From assembly GCA_046759445.1 (NCBI GenBank), contig JBHICG010000033.1, positions 1-34,776 of the forward strand: DNA of 34,776 nt. Direction: 5' to 3'. The notes under the pieces are model-generated. The model was not told the origin of the DNA, searched no databases, and saw nothing but the letters and a program-made list of their open reading frames with translations. Of this stretch, positions 9,431-16,788 are shown piece after piece. The DNA is from Candidatus Scalinduaceae bacterium (GTDB lineage: Bacteria; Planctomycetota; Brocadiia; Brocadiales; Scalinduaceae). The position numbers and the translations under genes were made by a program. Numbering within the stretch: the first letter of the stretch is position 1; every line of letters starts with the position of its first letter.

Positions 9431-10768
9431 TTGAAATTAAACACCATTGATCTCAGGAAACAAGCTGAGGAAATATTTAAACACGTAATACACGCACTAG
9501 ACCCAGAGCGGTTAGTTAAGAATAAAGTATGTATTCAAGGTTCTACCCTTTTGGTAGAACAAAAAGAATATAATCTCGAAAACTATGAACACATCTATGT
9601 GGTCGGTGGCGGGAAGGCGTGTGCCCCAATGGCTAAAGCAATGGAGGAGATTCTTGGAGACAGATTAGATAATGGCATCATCATCGTCAAATACAACCAT
9701 GGCTTACCACTCAAAAAGATCAAGATCGTCGAAGCATCACATCCTCTCCCAGACTTAAGTGGACAAAAAGGCACTTCGGAGATTCTTAAGCTTTTATCCA
9801 ATTCAGGCAAAAAAGACTTAATTATCTGTCTTATTTCTGGCGGAGGTTCAGCCTTACTCGTTCAACCACATAAAGAAATAACTTTACAGGATATACAAAC
9901 CACTTCAAACGAACTACTTGCCTGTGGGGCTACTATTGGAGAAATTAATTCTGTAAGAAAACATCTATCTGCCATAAAAGGCGGACAGCTTGCAAAGGCC
10001 TCATATCCTTCAACACTTATTACGTTGATGCTATCAGACGTGGTCGGAGACCCAATGGACGTAATAGCATCTGGCCCTACTGTGCCAGATGAAAGTACTT
10101 TTGAAGATGCTTGCAAAGTAATCCAAAAATATTCATTAGAAAACAGGATACCAGATGGTGTCGTTAAACTTTTAGAAAGGGGAAGAACAGGAGGAATTGA
10201 AGAGAATCCTAAACAAGGAAACAAGGTATTTATTAATACGCAAAATTTAATTGTTGGTTCCAACAGAATTGCATTAGAAGCTGCTAAGAAAAAGGCTGAA
10301 GATTTAGGATACAACACAATAATTCTTTCCTCTCAGGTACAAGGTGAGAGCAAGGAGGCTGCAAGGTTTTTTGCCTCCATTGCCAAGGAAATTTACCACA
10401 CAGAAACACCTATTTCCAAACCAGCATGTATAATTACAGGGGGTGAGACCACTGTAACCATAAGAGGAAATGGTAAAGGGGGTAGAAATCAGGAATTTGC
10501 TCTATCTGCTGCTATTGAGATTGAAGGTTACGAAGGGATAGTAGTCCTAAGCGGTGGGACTGATGGTACAGACGGCCTAACTGACGCTACAGGTGCAATT
10601 GTTGATGCCCATACGTGTAGATATGCAAGAGAAAAATTTTACCTGAATTCCGAAGATTATTTAGATAGAAACGATTCATACCATTTTTTTAATAAGATTG
10701 GACAACACATGATTACTGGACCCACACTTACTAATGTGATGGATATAATGCTTTCTTTAGTATTATAG
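9431..10768 (+). CDS. Glycerate kinase, class II (DUF4147-MOFRL, glycerate 2-kinase/TtuD-like)
   Basis: GGGKA, ASHPLPD, LISGGGSAL, VRKHLSAIKGG.LA, SDVVGD...IASGPT, GGETTV, GGRNQE, GTDGTDG and TGPTLTNVMD. Confidence 0.92.
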   Translation: MKLNTIDLRKQAEEIFKHVIHALDPERLVKNKVCIQGSTLLVEQKEYNLENYEHIYVVGGGKACAPMAKAMEEILGDRLDNGIIIVKYNHGLPLKKIKIVEASHPLPDLSGQKGTSEILKLLSNSGKKDLIICLISGGGSALLVQPHKEITLQDIQTTSNELLACGATIGEINSVRKHLSAIKGGQLAKASYPSTLITLMLSDVVGDPMDVIASGPTVPDESTFEDACKVIQKYSLENRIPDGVVKLLERGRTGGIEENPKQGNKVFINTQNLIVGSNRIALEAAKKKAEDLGYNTIILSSQVQGESKEAARFFASIAKEIYHTETPISKPACIITGGETTVTIRGNGKGGRNQEFALSAAIEIEGYEGIVVLSGGTDGTDGLTDATGAIVDAHTCRYAREKFYLNSEDYLDRNDSYHFFNKIGQHMITGPTLTNVMDIMLSLVL

Positions 10769-10866
10769 GTATTAGTTCATTTTTGTAGTTAATTCTTAAA
10801 CATGCCTGGAAAAAGTTTATGTTATTTTGTTTAGAAAATAATTTATGGAATTAAAAGGATATCTGC

Positions 10867-12120
10867 ATGAAATTTAGCACGGCATTAAGACAGTACTCAA
10901 GAAGAAGGATTGAGAAAATAAAGAATGTGGACATTATCGTTGGCATTCCAAGTTATAATAACGATTCCACTATTTCACATGTAATTAAAAACGTTAGCAA
11001 AGGGTTATCGAAATATTTTCCTGATTCTAAAGCCCTTATTATGATTGGTGATGGTGGTTCGACAGATGACACGAGGGAAGAAACACTGTCTGTACAAGTA
11101 GAACCATGGATTGAAAAACTGGTGACAATCTACAGAGGCATTCCTGGCAAGGGTAGCGCATTGCGAGCGATATTCGAGGCAGCCGAGCACCTTGGAACAA
11201 GGATATGTGTTGTATGCGATTCTGATATAAGATCTATTACTCCTGAATGGATTAAAAATCTTACTATGCCTATTCACGAGGAAGAGTATCAGTTTGTAGC
11301 TCCATATTATGAACGATACAAGTATGACGGAACTATTACCAATAATATTGTGTATAATCTTACACGTACACTCTATGGTCTCAGGGTTCGTCAGCCAATA
11401 GGTGGAGACTTTGCCTTTTCAAGGAAACTTGTGAAATTCTACAATGATCAAGAGGTTTGGGAAACGGATGTAGCCAGGTATGGTATAGACATCTGGCTTA
11501 CTACGACTGCAATCATTCAGGGATTCAGAATTTGTCAAACAAGATTAGGGACTAAGATCCATGACGTTAAGGATCCCAGCGAGTCGTTGGGGCCAATGTT
11601 TCAGCAGGTTGTTACTACGCTCTTTGTACTTATGGAGCAAAACTATGATTACTGGAAAGACGTAAAAGGAAGCAAACCGGTGCCAATCCTTGGTGAGGTG
11701 GCTGGCACGAAACCAGATGTATTTGATATTAATCTGGAAAATCTTGTAGAGTATTTCAAGACAGGGCTCAATCACTTCGGTGTGCTTTGGGAAAATATAT
11801 TAGAAAAAGAGAACTTTAAAGAGTTAAAGGAGATAGCCACTTTTAGTAACGATAATTTCTCGTTTCCAACAGAATTATGGTGCAAAATATTGTATGATGT
11901 GGCTGTAACTTTTCATAATTGGAAGAGAAATAGAGTAAAATTAATTAACATGGTAACACCCCTATACTTTGCAAGGATAGCTGGGTTTGTTAATAAGACA
12001 AGAGATATGACAAACGAAGAAGCTGAACAAGTTGTAGAAGAGCAGGCAGAAAAGTTTGAAAATGCTAAGGACTATTTGCTCAAAAGATGGGCTGAAAAAG
12101 GGAAAGAGGAAAAAACTTAG
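10867..12120 (+). CDS. GT2/GT78-like glycosyltransferase; probable single-step glucosylglycerate synthase (Ggs) / mannosylglycerate-synthase-like
   Basis: VGIPSYN, DGGSTD, YRGIPGKGSAL, DSD, PYYERYKYDGTITN, RQPIGGDF, YGIDIWLTT and KIHD.KDP. Genomic context includes glycerate kinase and gpgS/gpgP. Confidence 0.75.
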   Translation: MKFSTALRQYSRRRIEKIKNVDIIVGIPSYNNDSTISHVIKNVSKGLSKYFPDSKALIMIGDGGSTDDTREETLSVQVEPWIEKLVTIYRGIPGKGSALRAIFEAAEHLGTRICVVCDSDIRSITPEWIKNLTMPIHEEEYQFVAPYYERYKYDGTITNNIVYNLTRTLYGLRVRQPIGGDFAFSRKLVKFYNDQEVWETDVARYGIDIWLTTTAIIQGFRICQTRLGTKIHDVKDPSESLGPMFQQVVTTLFVLMEQNYDYWKDVKGSKPVPILGEVAGTKPDVFDINLENLVEYFKTGLNHFGVLWENILEKENFKELKEIATFSNDNFSFPTELWCKILYDVAVTFHNWKRNRVKLINMVTPLYFARIAGFVNKTRDMTNEEAEQVVEEQAEKFENAKDYLLKRWAEKGKEEKT

Positions 12121-12250
12121 GCTTCATACCAAACTCAATTTTTTTTTGCTATCAAAAGTATATTCTTTATGTTAAACGTTAATGTCTATCCATAGTCACC
12201 ACGAACAATGAAAAAATTGAACAAGAAAATGGATTCCATGCAAATTCTGT

Positions 12251-12267
12251 GCAATTCATAGAATTGC
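12251..12267. repeat. Perfect 7-bp palindrome, resembling a degenerate REP or an operator
   Basis: GCAATTC-ATA-GAATTGC in the intergenic region before the GH15-like gene. A second hairpin TCCTTC...GAAGGA lies at about 12295-12312. Confidence 0.45.
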
Positions 12268-12369
12268 CTTATTGCCTTAAGCAAGGTTCCTCTTTCCTTC
12301 TTTTCGGAAGGATTCCAAATTTTATTTTCGTATCAAAAATACAGAGGCTTTCAAAAAAGCTAGCTCGCT

Positions 12370-13722
12370 ATGACTCAGTCCAAACCTGATAGTCAAAAAT
12401 ATCGTGAGGGTCTTGATAAAGAACTTGAGGCTCATTTCAAGATTATAAAATCCTGTACAGTGAAAACAGACGATGGAGAAACAGTATTATTAGCCACAAA
12501 ACCTGAAGCAAGGTACCCATACTTTTATCCGCGTGATGTCGCATGTGCTTCGGGACTTCTAGCCTATCTTTCCACTTCTGAATTCCCTATTGCGGATGAT
12601 GCATATAAATTACTCAAATCTGTAGCAAACTTCGTATTAAAGGTCGTAAGGGATGATGGTTATCTTGGCCAAAGATATGCCTTATCAGGTGAAGAAAAAA
12701 GTATTTATAAACAAGAAGATAATAATGCACATGGTTTGATCCTACTTTCTAATTATTTACTTACTGCAAAAAAGAGGGGAGAGAACATACAAAACGTAGA
12801 CGAATGTCTTTCTTCAATAAATAGTACAGCACAGTATGCCATCAAAAATTTCTACCGTCCTGAAATAAATCTTTTCCATTCCACTACGTCTATTCATGAA
12901 TCAGCACTCGAGGAAGGATTCAGTTGCTGGACTAACTTTGCATACCTTAAGGCCTTTTACCTCGCTTCTAAAGTCAACGGTGAATTAGATACTCCTGATA
13001 TTATACCCGACAAGATACTTATCTTTAAATCCGCCTTCAAGCACAACCTATTTGGGATAATGGTCTCAAACGAGAGGTTTCTAAGACGTATTGATGAAAA
13101 AGGAAATTACGACTTCAAACCAGATTTTACCCTTTTAAGTCCATTCTATTTTGGATTTGGTAATGTTACTAAAGATTATGTTGACAATAGCGTAAATTTT
13201 TTAGAAAGACAACTCTGGGACCCAGAGCTAGGCATGATTCAAAGATATCTGCCGTTTAGTGGAGACATTGAAATACATACTCATTCCGGTAATGGACCAT
13301 GGCTTCAGTACACGGCAATACTTGCCCAGTACCACTACTGGAATAAAAACCATAAACGTGGCAATGAGTTAATGAACCTTATTGACGGCTATAAGAACGA
13401 AAATGGGGAGATTCCCGAACATATATCTACCTGTAAGAGATTCAATTCATTTATGCAATCAGAATGGAAGACTGGTGTTGATTTCGCCAAGGAATTTGAC
13501 AAGCACATTCTTCTGGATAATCTAGACTTTGATAAGATTCTGGAAGAAACCAATAACATGCAAAGGGCTTATAAGGAAGTAGGGGAAAGGTGCATGATAC
13601 CCGATGTCACGATGGAAGAAGGCGGATATATCATGTTTGTAACACCCCTTATGTGGTCACACGTAGAGTACATGAAGGCATTGCTAAATAAGCACGATCT
13701 TTATTCTAACGATAATATGTAG
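12370..13722 (+). CDS. Six-hairpin glycosidase, glucoamylase/GH15-like (divergent)
   Basis: YPYFYPRD (cf. GH15 YxYxWxRD), QRY, QED, RY...GNGPWLQYT, GEIPEH and PLMWSH at the C-terminus. Confidence 0.7.
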   Translation: MTQSKPDSQKYREGLDKELEAHFKIIKSCTVKTDDGETVLLATKPEARYPYFYPRDVACASGLLAYLSTSEFPIADDAYKLLKSVANFVLKVVRDDGYLGQRYALSGEEKSIYKQEDNNAHGLILLSNYLLTAKKRGENIQNVDECLSSINSTAQYAIKNFYRPEINLFHSTTSIHESALEEGFSCWTNFAYLKAFYLASKVNGELDTPDIIPDKILIFKSAFKHNLFGIMVSNERFLRRIDEKGNYDFKPDFTLLSPFYFGFGNVTKDYVDNSVNFLERQLWDPELGMIQRYLPFSGDIEIHTHSGNGPWLQYTAILAQYHYWNKNHKRGNELMNLIDGYKNENGEIPEHISTCKRFNSFMQSEWKTGVDFAKEFDKHILLDNLDFDKILEETNNMQRAYKEVGERCMIPDVTMEEGGYIMFVTPLMWSHVEYMKALLNKHDLYSNDNM

Positions 13723-14250
13723 ATGAAAAAAACGCTTCGCGTATTAATTATTGAAGATTCACAAAAATGCGTTAAGTTGATTTTGTAAAAAATGCGGCGT
13801 GGTGGTTATAATCCAGTGCATGAACGGGTAGATACACCCGACGCCATGTACTCTGAGATCAAAACAAAGACATGAGACGTAGTGATATCCAATTACTCTA
13901 TACCAACACTCGGTTGGACTTGCTGCGTTGAAGCTATTACAGGAAAAGGGATTTATCCTGCCATTCATCATCGTATCAGATATTAGAGGAGAGGATATAA
14001 CAATGGAAGCTATGAAAGCCGGTGCAACTTATTACATTATGAAAAACAACCTTACACAACTTGTCCCCGCCATTGAGAGTGTATTGTACGAGGCAAGTAA
14101 ACGGTGTCAGAGCAAGTGGGAGGGTGAAGAACTAAAGTTGGAAATTGCAGAACATAAACAATCAGAGGAGGAACTACGAAAAAGCGAAAAAGCCTCTCCA
14201 AGGCTCAAGAAACTGCTCATATAGGCAGTTGGAAGTGGGATTTAGCGAGG
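13723..14250 (+). pseudogene. Decayed response-regulator receiver domain followed by the start of a PAS domain (signal-transduction hybrid remnant)
   Basis: ATG 13723 gives MKKTLRVLIIEDS...*(TAA 13786)...RGGYNPVHERVDTP...*(TGA 13873)DVVISNYSIP. A frameshift near 13915 leads into GLAALKLLQEKG..LPFIIVS...EAMKAGA.YYIMK, and a second near 14190 into SLSKAQETAHIGSWKWD, after which similarity ends. Confidence 0.85.
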
Positions 14251-14661
14251 TTTCTAACACGATATCGGGAAATGTGAAGACAAGAATTTTTGTTATCTAT
14301 GGTGATATGGACCTTTCCATACCAATTGTGCTTATTGGGAACGGTACAAAGGTTACAGTTTCAAGTAATAAGACAGACATAAACAATCCATCACTCTTAT
14401 TGTTTTACTAAGGAACCATGGCCGTTAGCACATTTTAGCTCTGGTAACGAAACATTTAATATCGGCTTATTGCTTAAGGAATCCACTAAATGAAGATAAA
14501 AGACAATCTTTTCAAATTTAACAAATTATTCAAATCATAATAATACAAAAGTTAGACAATCTTAAGTTTTTAAATCTGTAAAAAGTCACTTATTAGATGC
14601 TTATTACGATTTAGTTGCAAAATAAACAAAATTTATCATCCACAACAAGTGGGTTAAATAT

Positions 14662-15105
14662 ATGAAACGAATTACAATTCCAGACAAGGAAACTTTTATA
14701 TCAGCTATAAAGGATGAGATGTCTAAAACTCCAGAAGGTCGATATTTTCTTCGGCTTCACGTTATTCTCCTTTATCTTAAAGGCACCAGCTCTTCTGAGA
14801 TTGCTCGTTTATATGATCATTCGCCTAGAACCATTCAATATTGGGTTCGTAAACTTCTCTCAGACGGCCTTAAAGGGCTTTGGGATAAAGAACGTGCTGG
14901 TCGTCCAAGCCAACTTTTTCGTTCAGTTAGAAAAAAATTACAAACTGAAATAAGACACTCTCCAAGGGAATTGGGATATGAGCAAGACCTGTGGAACGGC
15001 CGATTACTTTCCAATCATCTTAAAGAACGTTATGCGATTGTACTTGGTATCCGACAATGTCAAAGACTTTTACATCAAATGGGGTTCAGGTCAGGTAAAA
15101 AATGA
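14662..15105 (+). CDS. IS630/Tc1-type transposase N-terminal helix-turn-helix (HTH plus winged-HTH) protein without a DDE domain
   Basis: RLHVILL...G.S..EIA.....SPRTIQYWV......GLKGL....R.GRP, SPRELGY...LW.G..L..HL...Y...LG.RQCQRLLHQMGF. No DDE-coding frame follows. Confidence 0.75.
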   Translation: MKRITIPDKETFISAIKDEMSKTPEGRYFLRLHVILLYLKGTSSSEIARLYDHSPRTIQYWVRKLLSDGLKGLWDKERAGRPSQLFRSVRKKLQTEIRHSPRELGYEQDLWNGRLLSNHLKERYAIVLGIRQCQRLLHQMGFRSGKK

Positions 15106-16133
15106 ATGATACAGAATCACTAGAAGAAGCAGTTAGATACGTTCGACTTGCATTGCCACTGATGTCCAAACATGGTATCCCCATAACGCCGAAGAATTAT
15201 ACAATATGGTATTGCTATGTCTCTGGGAAAAACAAGGAACTCCAGGAAGCTGTTGATTCTATTGTTGAGAAGGCGGAACAGTTTTCCGAGGAAACAAACA
15301 AAATGCTTTATCAGCGCTTTTTCGCAGAAAAAGACGAGAACGTGCTGAATAAAATTCGGGACAATTTGCAACAAACTTTGTTAGTCGTTTTCAACGAATT
15401 AGCCGAGATAAGTGGACAAGCAAAAAAATACGAGACCTCAGTATCAAAGTCTATCGACAGATTGTCAGAGAATATGTCTATCCAAGACATCAGGAATGTC
15501 CTTGATGAAGTCATTGTTGTAACGAAAGAAATAGGGAAATCTGGAAAAGCAATACAGCAAAGATTGAAGGAAAGGACAAAAAAACTGGAGGTACTGCAAA
15601 AGGAACTTGAATACACAAAGACCGAATCATTAGTGGACTTTCTGACGGGCGTGGCAAATCGAAAAGCGTTTGATGAAATGTTGGCAAGGTCAGTTAGCGA
15701 AGATACTTCGAACGATGATAATCTGTGCCTAATGATGATCGACATTGACAACTTTAAGAGGTTTAATGACAAGCATGGACATATGGTTGGAGATGAAGTG
15801 CTAAAGTTTGTGGCAAGAAATATCAAGAAGATAGTGAGAGGCAATGATTTTATAGCACGCTTCGGTGGAGAAGAATTTGCTTTGATACTTTCGGAAACCA
15901 CACTTCAGGGAGCAAAGACCGTTGCTGAAAATATACGGAAGTCGTTTGCTAAAAGCGAGCTGGAAAGAAAAGGAAAGTCAGAAAAACTGGGTACGATAAC
16001 AGTTTCAATAGGTGTAACACATTATCGGCCAGGCGAATCTCTGGAGAAATTTATCAAACGGTCTGACAAAGCACTCTATTTTGCGAAGAAGGCAGGAAAA
16101 AACCGCGTGGTAACAGAGTCAGACATGACGTAA
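15102..16133 (+). CDS. Cytoplasmic diguanylate cyclase (GGDEF, VdcA-like architecture)
   Basis: N-terminal LALPLMSKHGIPITPKNYTIWY, a coiled coil, DFLTGVANRKAF, DIDNFK.FND.HGH..GD, RGND I-site and RFGGEEF A-site. Confidence 0.93.
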   Translation: MNDTESLEEAVRYVRLALPLMSKHGIPITPKNYTIWYCYVSGKNKELQEAVDSIVEKAEQFSEETNKMLYQRFFAEKDENVLNKIRDNLQQTLLVVFNELAEISGQAKKYETSVSKSIDRLSENMSIQDIRNVLDEVIVVTKEIGKSGKAIQQRLKERTKKLEVLQKELEYTKTESLVDFLTGVANRKAFDEMLARSVSEDTSNDDNLCLMMIDIDNFKRFNDKHGHMVGDEVLKFVARNIKKIVRGNDFIARFGGEEFALILSETTLQGAKTVAENIRKSFAKSELERKGKSEKLGTITVSIGVTHYRPGESLEKFIKRSDKALYFAKKAGKNRVVTESDMT

Positions 16134-16788
16134 CAGGATCGGTAACAGTTATATTTCTTCTTTCTTTTAACTGACTATTTAGTCAAAAACAATGAACAAC
16201 CGTGAAAACACTTTTTGAAGCTGTAACACAAAAAGCAAGTAGTTATTCTTTTCAAATCTTTCAACTACAAACTTGGGTGTGTTTTTCCCCCATTTTCCTC
16301 GCTCATATTTGACAGTTCTATCAACAGCCCTGTTTTCTATCCATGGATATAACAGTTTTTCCATGCTAAAATACTTATTCCCCCTTTAAGACTTTAGAAA
16401 CGTAACCTCGATACTTAACGTTGCTTATTTTTTTAGCAATTCTTCCTCCAGAACACAGTTAGTCAGGAAAAAAGAATTGTAAGCAGTAGCATCGGACAAA
16501 CCATATAAAGTTATTTTCAAGAAATTGTATCATGGTGGAATTGCTTTTTGTTTGACATAAATCTATCGTTTGATATTTTTAGGAAAGAATAATAAACAAG
16601 CGGAATTTTGCCATGATTCTGCATAATTGGGATGATACTCTACGCTTGATTCTTGATGTTAGACGAAAAAATTTCATCTAGTATATGGTCCACCATTCCA
16701 TAATTCCATTTTTGGGGCTGCATATAATAAATTCGAATGGTTATACCTATAAGAAATTCAAAAGGTAATTTTGCAGTAGGGAAAATAC

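Noticed and set aside
14145..14411. 88-aa ORF after the receiver-domain remnant
   Set aside because: It overlaps the pseudogene in a different frame, has no RBS and no recognisable family.
14560..15110. Intact IS630 insertion sequence
   Set aside because: No DDE catalytic domain in the downstream sequence and no terminal inverted repeats or TA duplication could be identified, so it is reported only as an HTH gene.
16179..16364. 61-aa minus-strand ORF with an upstream AAAGGGGG
   Set aside because: The putative RBS is too far from the ATG and no domain is recognisable. It could be a gene remnant but cannot be supported.
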